A stretch of DNA of 64,000 bases from an uncultured Nitrososphaerales archaeon (GCA_963695855.1 CAVOHZ010000010.1:1280001-1344000), one strand, 5' to 3'; positions 19,886 through 30,457 are shown, numbered from the stretch's first letter. The notes: generated by a model from the sequence alone, not told the origin. Translations and numbers: made by a program.

Positions 19886-21334
19886 TTATTCACTGGTGAC
19901 GAATTTAACTCCTTTCAACAGCAAACGAAGTGCGTCCAAGTCATCGTTGTGGACACTCACATTTTTGTCAAGGTTCCATTCATTAGCGTAGGCAGTCTTT
20001 AGCGACAGGATTAATCTATCGAATCTGAAAGGTATAGCGAGTTTCTGTTTTGTTAAAAGTTGATATGTATGTTCCAGCATTTGTTTATGTTCTTTTGCAA
20101 AGGATACAGGTATCACAATGTTGAATTCAGGACTCACGTTCTCAGAGCGGTCCCAGTCTAAACTCTCACCGAATTTGGATTTACATTCATTAACTGCAGC
20201 CCGATTACTTCCATCCACAAACCACCATAGATTAGGGATTTCAGTATGGAGTTGAAATATACGATCACCGATTACAGAAGGAGTTGTTTTGTCATGTTGC
20301 TCACCCAGGACGATTTTAACTATTTCATTTTCTGTATCTAATTCTGCAATGTATATAGTTGTAATGGATGTAGAGAAGCCGAAATCGATCCCGCCAATAT
20401 GGAGACAGTAATTATTTAATGGTAAATCCTTGTATTTTTCCCCTAGTTGTACTGCCCTCTCTATGTCTTCAATTGCAAAAACGTTCCCAATTTTTCCTAA
20501 ATATTTTAAATCATATTCTCTATCAAATGAAGGACTTTGCTTTGCTCTCTCTATATCTTCAATAGTATAGATTTTATTCAAGCCATAACGGTAGTCAAGT
20601 TTGATTCTCTTGTATAGACAAATATCTTCAGGTTCCTGTTCTATAGTCTGCATTAATCCCCCAGGTGCATTAGGTGTTGAAACCATAACGATAAAGGGAT
20701 TTGATTTACCAATGTATCTCTCTGCTACCGCTCTTACATCCTCCTGTTCTCCCTTTCTAAAGAAGTCGCATTCGTCCAGGTAGATAAATTTAGGGTTATC
20801 CAATGAACGAAATGAATCGATATGGTTCGAGGGATACGCTTCTATCCTGCACTTCTTTAACTCTAATACAGTTTCTTTAGTATCAAATGTAATATTATGA
20901 AATTTATTCATAAACATATTCTTCATACGTTTTACAAGTTTGATTGCTAAATCTATGTTTGGACCTGTAACTATAACCATTTGTGAATCCTGATAGGTAT
21001 TATCTCGTAATGCAAGATAACACATGTATCTTAAGAATAATTCACTAATTCCTAAACCAGTACTTTTGAGAATCCATAGACACTTATCATATTCTAAACT
21101 ATCTAAAACAATTTTCTCATAATCGAATAATGGTTTTTCAATATTATCTTTTCTTGGAAGTGATAGGATATGATTAAAACAGCAATTACCACTTGTTAAA
21201 ATGTCTTCGTTTCTATGTTCTGTAATATCCCATATCCAGAATGGTTTACCCTTGAATACCTGGAATTCAGAATATTGTGTTTGTTGGTTCTGTTGTCCCT
21301 GGCCTATTAGTTTCTGTAAATCCTTCCAACCCAT
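19886..21334 (-). CDS. terL: terminase large subunit
   Basis: Walker A-like KSTGLGIS, Walker B IYLDE, VSTP coupling motif, RNase H-like GIDFG and DDLDA. Confidence 0.88.
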   Translation of the reverse strand: MGWKDLQKLIGQGQQNQQTQYSEFQVFKGKPFWIWDITEHRNEDILTSGNCCFNHILSLPRKDNIEKPLFDYEKIVLDSLEYDKCLWILKSTGLGISELFLRYMCYLALRDNTYQDSQMVIVTGPNIDLAIKLVKRMKNMFMNKFHNITFDTKETVLELKKCRIEAYPSNHIDSFRSLDNPKFIYLDECDFFRKGEQEDVRAVAERYIGKSNPFIVMVSTPNAPGGLMQTIEQEPEDICLYKRIKLDYRYGLNKIYTIEDIERAKQSPSFDREYDLKYLGKIGNVFAIEDIERAVQLGEKYKDLPLNNYCLHIGGIDFGFSTSITTIYIAELDTENEIVKIVLGEQHDKTTPSVIGDRIFQLHTEIPNLWWFVDGSNRAAVNECKSKFGESLDWDRSENVSPEFNIVIPVSFAKEHKQMLEHTYQLLTKQKLAIPFRFDRLILSLKTAYANEWNLDKNVSVHNDDLDALRLLLKGVKFVTSE

Positions 21335-21758
21335 TGCTATTCCCTTTAGATAATATTCTTTCCTTTGTTGATTCTACAAATCTTATTGAATCCTGCAGTA
21401 AACCGGCATTAGTTAATAATTCCATTTTAGTAGAATAACATTCTTTAATCAATGCTAATGATTGTAACTTGATTTTTATGTCACCTTCTTTTTCTGCCTT
21501 TTCTGATATTATCCATAATTGTTTATTAATTTCCTGTAATCCCTTCAAACAATTTTGATACTCATAAGGTAACGTTTTCTGTATATGGTTCTTTATGGTT
21601 TCTTCTGCTTCTATCTTCAACTGTGCAACGTCCCTGGATACTGCAGACTTGTCAATAGATAACATGCTTGCAATTTCAGACTGACAAAATCCCTTAATCA
21701 TTAATTCGTCAATTTTGTTTCTACGCCATTCTAACTGTTGTTTCCTAGAAGTTGTCAT
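21267..21758 (-). CDS. putative terminase small subunit (HTH)
   Basis: N-terminal HTH QSEIASMLSIDKSAVSRD plus helical region, overlapping the terL start. Confidence 0.7.
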   Translation of the reverse strand: MTTSRKQQLEWRRNKIDELMIKGFCQSEIASMLSIDKSAVSRDVAQLKIEAEETIKNHIQKTLPYEYQNCLKGLQEINKQLWIISEKAEKEGDIKIKLQSLALIKECYSTKMELLTNAGLLQDSIRFVESTKERILSKGNSNGLEGFTETNRPGTTEPTNTIF

Positions 21759-21879
21759 TCTTAGATTTTCCTTTTCAATAATTATATGGTTTCATTACTT
21801 TTGTCTTTTTCTACTCTGGGAATCATGGGATTATTGTTAGATTTATAGATTTCTAGGAAAAAAATATTGAAAATCAATA

Positions 21880-21998
21880 TCCTAAAAAGATAAGATATTA
21901 ACAAGTTAATAGGTTACAAGGCTTCTTCTGGGGACCTATACGAAAAATATCTTCCAGACTTTGAAAAGATGTTAAAATCGTTCAAGTGGATAGATTGA
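21880..21998 (+). pseudogene. PsbP-like protein C-terminal remnant
   Basis: YEKYLPDFEKMLKSFKWID. Confidence 0.4.
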
Positions 21999-22235
21999 AA
22001 ATAATTAAAATGATTTTGAATTAAAATAAAAAAATAAAAAAATAAAAGCAAGAAATAACAGGTAAATAAAAATATCTAGAGAATTGAGTTTTGGACCAAG
22101 TTTATTTATTTTAAAGATTTACAAATGAATTATTGATAGAATATTTCATTATGAATATATATCATGTTATTACGATAGGAAAGAGATTGAGAAGAGTTAA
22201 TACGTGCCTCTTTCATTGGTATATTTTCTTTTGCT

Positions 22236-22877
22236 ATGATCTTTTCCTCTATTATGACATATACAGATGAACAAAAGGCATACGGACAATCTAGTAATTT
22301 TACTAAATTTACTTCAAAGGATTTAGAGACAGCAAAGGAGGCAGCAAAACAGGCAAAATTAAGAGAATTTATCTTGGAAATTCAAGGTGTTAGCACAAGT
22401 AATCCACAGGTTACACAATTCCAAATTTCTGGAGATGGTAACAAAATCTGTAGATCTGGCAATTGTAAATATGAATTTGGCACAATAAATATATCATTGC
22501 CAACTGTCGAAAATACTGGTCTTACTCTACGAATAGATTTTCAGTTATATGATCAACAATCACAAAAATGGGAACTATATAGCATGACCAGTCTTTCCGG
22601 TATAAATGAGACAGATATAAGTAATCTAATTTACACATTTAATGAACCTCTAGGATCTCTCAGGTTGCACCCTGCAGAAAGTGAAAATCCAATCGATCAA
22701 TCTCTTGATGAAGATGGATGGTTTAATTGGTGGAATGAAAATACTTGGTATTATGATACAGGACCTGTAGAGTATAGATCAGGTGAAGATCGCTTAATAA
22801 TGACCGGCACTTTCAATGGTCACGACGTCCCGACGTATGATAGTGATGATATACAGGTGATTAAATTATTTGATTAA
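22236..22877 (+). CDS. putative exported hypothetical protein
   Basis: 213-aa ORF; hydrophobic in-frame sequence upstream suggests an earlier start. Confidence 0.65.
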   Translation: MIFSSIMTYTDEQKAYGQSSNFTKFTSKDLETAKEAAKQAKLREFILEIQGVSTSNPQVTQFQISGDGNKICRSGNCKYEFGTINISLPTVENTGLTLRIDFQLYDQQSQKWELYSMTSLSGINETDISNLIYTFNEPLGSLRLHPAESENPIDQSLDEDGWFNWWNENTWYYDTGPVEYRSGEDRLIMTGTFNGHDVPTYDSDDIQVIKLFD

Positions 22878-23035
22878 CTAATTCGTTTTTTAGAAAATAG
22901 AATTTTGTTATAATGTATAGCCCTTATAATTTTTATTGTCTTTATCTAGTCTGGGAATATCGACAGGATTATCATTAGTCAGACCTATGTCTTCCATTTC
23001 TTATGATATCTTTGATTGGAATTGTTGGATAAGTT

Positions 23036-24172
23036 TCAATCGTTGCCATTAATTGAAACCCCTATTCCTTTAATGACTAGCAAAGAGTACAAATTACTAT
23101 GATTGGTTTTTATCTTCTGTCTACTCATTGGACCGTACTCTTTGTTTTGTGCGTTTCTCAGTGCTTGATTAATTCTCTTATCGATATACCACCAACCGCC
23201 TAACTTCCTTAATGACTCACATTTCTGCAACCACTCTTTAATAATCTGTCTAACTTCGTTATCCGTTAACCCTTTTATCTTGACAAGATAAGGAACTAGA
23301 ATCAACTCAACAATTTCTTTTCTGCAGTCGTCAACCGGTGTTTCTAATAATCTCTCTATCCAGTTGTAATAATTATGGAAATTATTTCCAAAATTATTAT
23401 TATGATTTTTTCGTTTCCACTTTTCTAATTCCTTTATTTGTTTTTCCTGTTCTAACTCAAAGTCTATCTTCTTTTGTATCAGATATTCGTGAAACATGGT
23501 AAACAGTTCTTTTGTAATTGTAGGACGGTATCCGTTCCATTCCTGTATAATTTTCACTGTAACGTTATTTTTGGAATTAATAGAACCTGGAATCCTTAGA
23601 AGACATGATCTAAAAGACGGATTGTGGGACTTGTCTGCTTTATTGTCCGATAATAAAATTTTTGCAAATCTTAAAAATTCTTCTGCAGGATTACCATTTA
23701 CAATTAGTCTAGAATCTGCAAATTCCCTAAATCTCTGATTTATCAAATAGTCATTTACAGGACAGTTTACAGGTTGTATTACGTGATAACCATTACCGGA
23801 CCATAGGACGGTAGGTTTTGTGTTTTTACCAAAATATTTCGAAATATTTCTTAGTATGTGAGCTTTCGCAATATCTAACTCATTCTTTCTAGATTTGAAG
23901 TCCGATAAATCCAAGTCAATGAAAAACAAATCTGGAATCCAGGATTTACCGTCTCTCAATAATGGAAATGCGTTAATTCTACAATCTATGAACTTGGAAT
24001 CTAAAAATGCTATTATTATCTCGTCCATATTGTCAACTTGGAAAGTTCTGTTACTGGATTCGTATGTTGAGATTTTACGTGGAAATACAGGTTTTGAAAG
24101 GTGATTTAAAATAAAGTCTAAATCTTGGGATTCAGATAATTCCTTTCTTGAAATGGTTTCTAGGGTTGTCAT
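23036..24172 (-). CDS. archaeo-eukaryotic primase (primase-polymerase) with PriX-like C-terminus
   Basis: FIDLD, SGNGYH, LLRIPGSINSK; C-terminal WIERLL..P..D.RK. Confidence 0.88.
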   Translation of the reverse strand: MTTLETISRKELSESQDLDFILNHLSKPVFPRKISTYESSNRTFQVDNMDEIIIAFLDSKFIDCRINAFPLLRDGKSWIPDLFFIDLDLSDFKSRKNELDIAKAHILRNISKYFGKNTKPTVLWSGNGYHVIQPVNCPVNDYLINQRFREFADSRLIVNGNPAEEFLRFAKILLSDNKADKSHNPSFRSCLLRIPGSINSKNNVTVKIIQEWNGYRPTITKELFTMFHEYLIQKKIDFELEQEKQIKELEKWKRKNHNNNFGNNFHNYYNWIERLLETPVDDCRKEIVELILVPYLVKIKGLTDNEVRQIIKEWLQKCESLRKLGGWWYIDKRINQALRNAQNKEYGPMSRQKIKTNHSNLYSLLVIKGIGVSINGND

Positions 24173-26193
24173 TCCCAGGGATTTCCTTTGAACTCTACTC
24201 GTTCACCATTTTGCTTCATGGTATTGATTAACGACTTGCTTGGTTGTGCTGGTTTTTTTGCATGAAAATTCAAACAGTGTTTTAGGTGTTCTTTTTCTGT
24301 CGAAAATTCATTATCGCAATAATTGCATTTGTATTGTTGGGGGAAGGTATGTAAAGTATCGTCAATATCGTCCAATCGTCCAGAGTCCTCATTTTGAGCG
24401 TGATTTTGACTGTTTTCTTTGGACGATACTTTGGACGATATATTTTCACTATTTTTAATATCGTCCATTTTTTCACCCTGATTTTGAGCGTGATTTTCCG
24501 TTTTTTGACGGTTTGACGATATTGACGGTATTATACATACTATTTCTATTACCCTTTTTCCTTTATTGTCCTTCTTTCCAATTTCAATCAGAAATCCGCG
24601 TTCTCTAAGATTTGTCTTTGCTTCATTTAATCTGCGTGTGAGTACGTTGGGTGCTTTGGGAAATGAAGTGACTTTGGAAATATTTATTTTTAAATCTCGT
24701 ACTGCAATGTCTTCAAGTCGTGTTAATAATTCGCTTGAAGTACCACTCCATTTTTCTTTATATTCTACTATGTTACCGTCTTCATCTTGTTTATCAATCA
24801 TAAATATGATAAGTGCTTGGGATACCGCACTTTCTGCAATTGCTTCCTCAATCTGGACGTTGATATTATCTTGGTAGACTCTGAGAAACTCACCTTCTTT
24901 ATTACCCAAACACTGTGAAATTATCTCTCCATATTCTTCAAAATCCGCCATTCGGTTAAGTCCCTTTTCAATCGTAATTCCCCCATTTTGTTTAACCTGG
25001 AGAACCTTCACCAGAATATTGAAAAGATATCCCAGTAGTTTGGGTCTCATGGCTTCAAATTCGTTCCAGATATCTTCTTGTTTTCTTCTATTTTCTTTGG
25101 GAATTCTTTCTAGTTTTATAATAATACTTCTATCTAATAGGTCGGGTTTTGTTGCTCCTATGTTGATACCGTTAATACCCACGCATCTTTTAAAGGAATA
25201 GATTATGTCGTCATCATCTGTATACAATTGTCTCTTTGAGAATCCACTACCGGTTACAGCCCTGCATAATGCGTCAGAAACCCAATCATTTATTTTTGAA
25301 ACATTATCAAAATATGCGATATAGTTGTGGGATAGTTTCTGAATAAGTTCGTTGATATCTCTAGGAAATGTTAGGGTTTTGACGCTACTAGGGTCTATTA
25401 ACATTCTTATCAGCTCCTGAAATGTAGATTTTGCACTCCCTTGTTCTCCGTATAGTAGATTGACTGGTTTAGAAATGTCGGGAATTAATAACGAAACAAT
25501 CTTTACCTTTACCAATAATTTTGTGTCCTCGTCCGCTATGTTCAGAAGACTAATAAATTTGTCTAGAAGTGGTTCGTCGTATTCCTCTGTCGGTAAAATA
25601 GGAGTAACCTGGGGTAATTGACTGCTAAAATGTCTAAACAGAATGGGAGGAGTTTTTTCTATTGTCCAACCTTGCGGAGTTATCTTTATTACGCTTCCAT
25701 CGTTATTTACCAAGTCATAATAGAACGTATACTTATCTTCGTCCGTCCTTGCTACTCTTAATTCCAGTCTTTTGATAATACCATTAAATTCTGCCTTTGA
25801 TTGCACATAGTCTATGATATTATTTTTTTCCTTTTCCTTGAGTACAATTTTATACTCACTGTCGTAAAATAATTTGAATATGTATCTTTCAAATTTGTGA
25901 CTTGTTAAAGATATTGGTTCGTAATGTCCATCCTTTATTTTCACACATCCAAATAGTTTACCGTACTGGTCTTTGAACAGTAACTTAATGTGAGTATCCG
26001 CATAAGCAAAAAGGATTTCTGTATTATTCTCTCCTTCGTCTTCTTCTTCTTCGTCTTCTTCTTCGTATTCTGCTGCTGATTGCGATTTTCCGTTTTGTTT
26101 GTTGTATTCTTTTAAAATTTCTAACTGGTTATCGTTAAGAAGTCTTCTGCATTGCAGCTTCGATTCATTATCATTTATCCCGTACTCGTTCAT
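24169..26193 (-). CDS. SF3-like replicative helicase/ATPase with C-terminal C2H2 finger
   Basis: GEQGSAKST, YFDN, INGIN motifs; CNYC...H...H. Confidence 0.85.
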   Translation of the reverse strand: MNEYGINDNESKLQCRRLLNDNQLEILKEYNKQNGKSQSAAEYEEEDEEEEDEGENNTEILFAYADTHIKLLFKDQYGKLFGCVKIKDGHYEPISLTSHKFERYIFKLFYDSEYKIVLKEKEKNNIIDYVQSKAEFNGIIKRLELRVARTDEDKYTFYYDLVNNDGSVIKITPQGWTIEKTPPILFRHFSSQLPQVTPILPTEEYDEPLLDKFISLLNIADEDTKLLVKVKIVSLLIPDISKPVNLLYGEQGSAKSTFQELIRMLIDPSSVKTLTFPRDINELIQKLSHNYIAYFDNVSKINDWVSDALCRAVTGSGFSKRQLYTDDDDIIYSFKRCVGINGINIGATKPDLLDRSIIIKLERIPKENRRKQEDIWNEFEAMRPKLLGYLFNILVKVLQVKQNGGITIEKGLNRMADFEEYGEIISQCLGNKEGEFLRVYQDNINVQIEEAIAESAVSQALIIFMIDKQDEDGNIVEYKEKWSGTSSELLTRLEDIAVRDLKINISKVTSFPKAPNVLTRRLNEAKTNLRERGFLIEIGKKDNKGKRVIEIVCIIPSISSNRQKTENHAQNQGEKMDDIKNSENISSKVSSKENSQNHAQNEDSGRLDDIDDTLHTFPQQYKCNYCDNEFSTEKEHLKHCLNFHAKKPAQPSKSLINTMKQNGERVEFKGNPWE
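24357..24530. repeat. iteron-like cluster (candidate replication origin)
   Basis: Multiple ATCGTC/GACGAT hexamers in both orientations plus 17-bp ATTTTGAGCGTGATTTT at 24391 and 24481. Confidence 0.55.
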
Positions 26194-26416
26194 TTGTTCC
26201 CAGAATAGTATAAAATTCTTAGTCCAGTTTTTGCGGTTTAATGTCCAATTAATAGGACCATTTACCTTATGATTTGGGAAACTTCTATTATGTCCGTAAT
26301 TCTGTTAAATGTTGCACGTTCAAACAATCCAGTCTTTTTCAAATCGTCGTTTATTACAAAATTGAAAATTTCTACATTTTCGTTTTCATTATTATTTGCT
26401 TCTGTATTAGACATTT

Positions 26417-26716
26417 CTAAAACTCTCCCATATTGTAGATTTTTACCAATTCTTCAATCAAATCGCCTTTGAGGTAAACTTGCCCCTTTCTAGGACCAAA
26501 TTCTTCACTTTGTTTTGTTTCTTCATTGTGTTGCGGTGAGTAAATCGAGTTCTCATCTACAATATTGCAAATTTCATATTTTGAGTCTAGAATTTTAACT
26601 AATTCACAAACAGGACATTTACAAGTATCACATGTGAAACTTTTTATTCGATTTTTAGGTTTGGACAAGGTTATACAACTCTCCCGTATGCTACAAGTGG
26701 AGATACAAAAGAACAA
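26417..26716 (-). CDS. small Cys-rich protein
   Basis: CDTCKCPVC motif; start uncertain. Confidence 0.5.
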   Translation of the reverse strand: MFFCISTCSIRESCITLSKPKNRIKSFTCDTCKCPVCELVKILDSKYEICNIVDENSIYSPQHNEETKQSEEFGPRKGQVYLKGDLIEELVKIYNMGEF

Positions 26717-26951
26717 GATTTCCCAATGCCTAGGAGAGCGGTAGGAGAGAAAATTCTGAAATTTTTGAACTTTCTTCCTTTAGTAGTACAAAAGCTATTT
26801 ATCTGTGAAATGTTATAATTCATTTCAAGAGACACGCCAGTGTTGTAATGTTGAGGTTAAGACCCTCAAGGAAGAAGAACTCTCGTCGCTGCTAATAACC
26901 GCTGTTGTGTGGACTGCGCGTAGGCCTGGAATCCTAGCAGTCCATGCGAAA

Positions 26952-27155
26952 CTATGTAACGTGATTTTTAACCTCCTTCTCGACTAAATCAAAAAGTTTA
27001 CCAAGGGCGTCGTCGTACGTATCCCCGATATTTCCCAACCTTCGCAATTTTTTCTTATGTTTCATTGAAATGACAATATGCGTCATCTCGTCATCTTCTT
27101 CTTCTAATTCTCTTCTGCCAACCTGGTGGTCGACAGTTAAAAGACTTGCAATCAT
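26952..27155 (-). CDS. RHH/antitoxin-like regulator
   Basis: THIVISMKHKKKLRRLG..GDTYDDALGKL. Confidence 0.7.
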   Translation of the reverse strand: MIASLLTVDHQVGRRELEEEDDEMTHIVISMKHKKKLRRLGNIGDTYDDALGKLFDLVEKEVKNHVT

Positions 27156-27283
27156 TTAATTGAATTAAATTAATTACCGCATTATAAGTTGTTCTTTTTC
27201 TTAGAATTCTTCAGCAACATATTGGATTTTACGCACGAATCATTAAATCAACCGTATACCTAAAGGACAGGCTTTACTGTTTA

Positions 27284-27505
27284 ATATAGATTCCAAGGAC
27301 AGAACTGTGTATTGGTTCAATACAGAACCATAACCCGAAATGCAGGCTAGCGATTTGAATATCCATTTCATGTGTAATAAAAATAGATACTCTTTTTCTT
27401 TTATAGATCTGACATGATCCAAATCTTTGCATCCAATATGACAGACACGTAACCCATTTCTAATGCTTGTATTACTAATGCCATGGAAATATTTCTTAAG
27501 CTCAA
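27284..27505 (-). pseudogene. IS6 transposase remnant, 5' half
   Basis: WMQRFGSCQIYKRKRVSIF...LWFCIEPIHSSVLGIYI. Confidence 0.8.
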
Positions 27506-27510
27506 CCAAT

Positions 27511-27707
27511 TTGTTACTATTGATGGCATTGCAGATTTAATTGGTAGAGCCAAAAGAAGTTTTCAAATGGGCTAAAATTATTGCGGCAAGGTATATGGAT
27601 AATGATAAAGCAGAAGAGTATGGCAGGAGAAATAGTTCAGAAGGTGAACTATTAATAAAAATAACACCACCAGAGTTATTGGTGAAAAAGATATAGCAGT
27701 ATGGTAA
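27511..27707 (+). pseudogene. 3' fragment copy of the PPOX/F420-dependent oxidoreductase gene
   Basis: High nucleotide similarity to 36482-36681 and its downstream flank. Confidence 0.85.
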
Positions 27708-27803
27708 CCAATCAATTCAACTTTTCATAAATGAATTATTTATTTATAAAATATGGATTACAGGTTAAAAAATTATACAAGTCATTGGTACTATAAGGAT
27801 TAT

Positions 27804-27848
27804 GAGGACTTCGAATTTCCATTATAACAAGGTTCAGTAACATAATAT
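27804..27848 (-). repeat. degenerate tRNA(Lys)-like att site, arm R1
   Basis: GAGGACTTCGAATTTCCATTATAACAAGGTTCAGTAACATAAT. Confidence 0.65.
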
Positions 27849-28532
27849 ATTAATTTAACTTTCAAAAATTATTTAATTAGGAAAGAGTAAAAATACTTGT
27901 ATTAACTGGTATAATTCTGAAGAAATTTAATAAATGGAAAAATTAATACATGTGACTTGGATCGTTATTTTCTATAAAATAAATAAAAGTATTGATTCAA
28001 AGGCAAACTGTCTAAATTTCAAGATTCACAAAAATATAAATTAAAATTTTTACTTTATCTTCTATTAGAATATTATTTAATTAGTAACTTTTATCAAAAG
28101 TTCTATGATAAGAAAGCAAGATAAGATTTCGTGTTAATATTTAGGAAATAATTTTAAATTCTAAATGATCTAAAAAAATTACCTTTGAATAATAAATCTT
28201 TTGTGATAATTCATGGTTTACTCTTGATTAGTATACTATCTTTGTATGATGTCAGTGCACAAAATAATTCTAATTTTATAATTGATAACGAAGTTAAGCC
28301 TAGAGTAGATGTATGGATAGTTGGAACCTCTGCTGACGATAAGATAAGATGAGGCGAAGGCGACTATGAAATGTCTGGTAAATATGGTGATGATATTTTA
28401 AGCCGAGGCAAAGGAAACGATGAACTTGATGGAGGTTCTGGAGTTGATCAGCTTGATGGAGGCAAAGGAAAAGACCTGTCCACACAATCTGAAACGTTTC
28501 TAATGAAAGAAGATTAAATTGTTATAATTGAC

Positions 28533-29258
28533 TTATTTCTTCCCTAAATTTATAGTCTCATTGTCTATTGGAGCTAACTTGAACAGTTCCTGGTCATTTT
28601 GCTTATAATCTGATCTTTCTTTTATTACCAATTCACAATCTGATTCAGAGATATCACCCTGAGTTGTATTCAAATTAACTACTACATCCATCCCATCTCC
28701 ACATTGAAAAATATCCTTGCCATTACCGCCAACAAGCAGATCATTTCCATTTTCTCCAAAAAACTTGTTTACATCCTTTGAATTTGTAGAAGCAAAATCT
28801 CTAAGCCAGTCATCCCCTTCACCTCCATAAAATTCATCATTGCCTCTGTAACCCACCAATATGTCGTCATTTAAACCACCAATTAAAACATCTTTTCCAT
28901 ATCTAGTTTCATTAAAAACCTCACTTGAAATATCGCCAACAATTGTATCTGCTCCCTCTCCTCCAAAAATAACATCATCCCCTCCCATTCCACGCAAATA
29001 ATCTGAGCCTGTCCATCCATATATTATATTGTTATTATTATTTCCAGTAATCTCATCATCGGTTTCATCCCCAGTGCAGATCAGCACACTCTTATCACAC
29101 CAATATTTTATTCCTTGTACTTCTTTGAAGAAATAAACTCCAGTTGGAACAACTACCAAAATTGATATTATAATTACTGATATTACCTTCATCTTGATTA
29201 TCATTACTCTTGGATTTTCCCACAAATAAATAAACCGTTCGTTTATTGAAAGTATCAT
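28533..29258 (-). CDS. RTX/hemolysin-type Ca-binding repeat protein
   Basis: TM helix plus GGxGxD repeats. Confidence 0.9.
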   Translation of the reverse strand: MILSINERFIYLWENPRVMIIKMKVISVIIISILVVVPTGVYFFKEVQGIKYWCDKSVLICTGDETDDEITGNNNNNIIYGWTGSDYLRGMGGDDVIFGGEGADTIVGDISSEVFNETRYGKDVLIGGLNDDILVGYRGNDEFYGGEGDDWLRDFASTNSKDVNKFFGENGNDLLVGGNGKDIFQCGDGMDVVVNLNTTQGDISESDCELVIKERSDYKQNDQELFKLAPIDNETINLGKK

Positions 29259-29332
29259 TTCTTTTTTTAGTACAGGTTCAGTTCTTGGGATATTTAGATA
29301 TCTCTCATTCTTGGATTCTTATAAAATACTTC

Positions 29333-29398
29333 TATGTGAACCCCAATATAATACGGGCTCAGAATAGTCAACTGTTTTTGACACAATTTTGTAGTTCA
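29333..29398 (-). repeat. tRNA(Lys)-like att site, arms L2+R2
   Basis: TATGTGAACCCCAATATAATACGGGCTCAG...AACTGTTTTTGACACAATTTTGTAGTTCA. Confidence 0.75.
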
Positions 29399-29437
29399 TC
29401 TTTAGAGATATTTATAAAGATATTTTCTTACTAATAT

Positions 29438-29797
29438 GTGGGTAAAACAATAATGGCATTATATATAGTCAGAGCGAGACCAAAAAATGACCTGTCTGGT
29501 CTTAGGAAAGAATTGAATTCTGGCGAAATATCAAGACTTGGACCATTTGGAAAAACACTACAATATGGCTTAGATAACGCAAAATTTGATCCCGAAATTG
29601 GCTATGCCTTATGGATAGAAGAAGATTATTGTACTCCTCCATTAGCCATGGAAAGAGAAAGTGTTCTTGATAGATATTTCGATGATATTACAGTTCACCT
29701 TATTGCTTCAGAAAAAGAAGGACAAGATAGAATTGCCAATATTTCTGGGCTTTGGACTAGAGTAGAAGCAGATAAATTAAAAAGAAATCATAACTAA
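29438..29797 (+). CDS. hypothetical protein
   Basis: WIEEDYCTPPLAMER motif; degraded copy at 35777-36110. Confidence 0.8.
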   Translation: MGKTIMALYIVRARPKNDLSGLRKELNSGEISRLGPFGKTLQYGLDNAKFDPEIGYALWIEEDYCTPPLAMERESVLDRYFDDITVHLIASEKEGQDRIANISGLWTRVEADKLKRNHN

Positions 29798-29870
29798 ATC
29801 TGAAAAAATTACCGACTAAATGGAACTTTAGATTTACCGCTGTAAAAAAATATAGCTAAATTACGAGTTC

Positions 29871-30094
29871 TTAACGTTCTACACCAAATGCTACTTTTAT
29901 TGTAGTTTTATATCGAGTAATTTACCTGTATTAGGATCTACAGTAGCAGTCTTACTAATAACTTCAAGTCCTGTAATTCCATGTATCGTCTTTGTTGCCT
30001 CATCTAGGGCAACTTTGACTGCCTCTTGCCACCCCTGATCTGAACTACCAACAAGCTCGGTTATTTTTGCAATATGATGAATCATATTTGTCAT
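29871..30094 (-). pseudogene. dodecin-family protein, frameshifted near the C-terminus
   Basis: KITELVGSSDQGWQEAV; YKTTIKVAFGVER lies in another frame. Confidence 0.8.
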
Positions 30095-30457
30095 GAGTAT
30101 TCATGCCTATTAATGGGTATCAATAAAAGAATCTAAGAATTAATTTAAAAACATGCAAATTTACAGAATTATAAATTTGTTGTATGCAATCGACTGTCAA
30201 ATGGAAATTAATTATTTTCAATATTTGTAATATATACTTTAATAGGTTTTAAATTTCTATAACAAAACAAAAATTCGGTTATTTATTAACCAGTTTTCGA
30301 TTTAATAGTCTGAATCCTTGGTTTCTCTGTATGATGATAGAATAACAACTAATAACTATTTTCATTTAAAAGATGTGAATATTATCTTAAATTAACAGAA
30401 CCATTAGAACAGTAAAATGCTCCAATTGTACATCCATTACAGACTATATAGAATTCT

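Larger units (their letters stand above)
11681..27283. mobile_element. integrated element: integrase + primase/helicase + terminase, no recognisable capsid (satellite-like)
   Basis: 9-bp direct repeat ATATAGATT at 11672-11680 and 27284-27292; removing the element rejoins an IS6 transposase; gene content. Confidence 0.85.

Noticed and set aside
26193-26415. Programmed -1 frameshift extending the helicase N-terminus
   Set aside because: Two frames overlap near 26280, but no correctly phased slippery heptamer is evident; a mutation or a separate small ORF is equally plausible.
11681-27283. Complete provirus
   Set aside because: No recognisable capsid, portal or tail genes within well-defined ends.
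27243-27509. 88-aa ORF as a real gene
   Set aside because: Out-of-frame reading of the IS6 transposase remnant.
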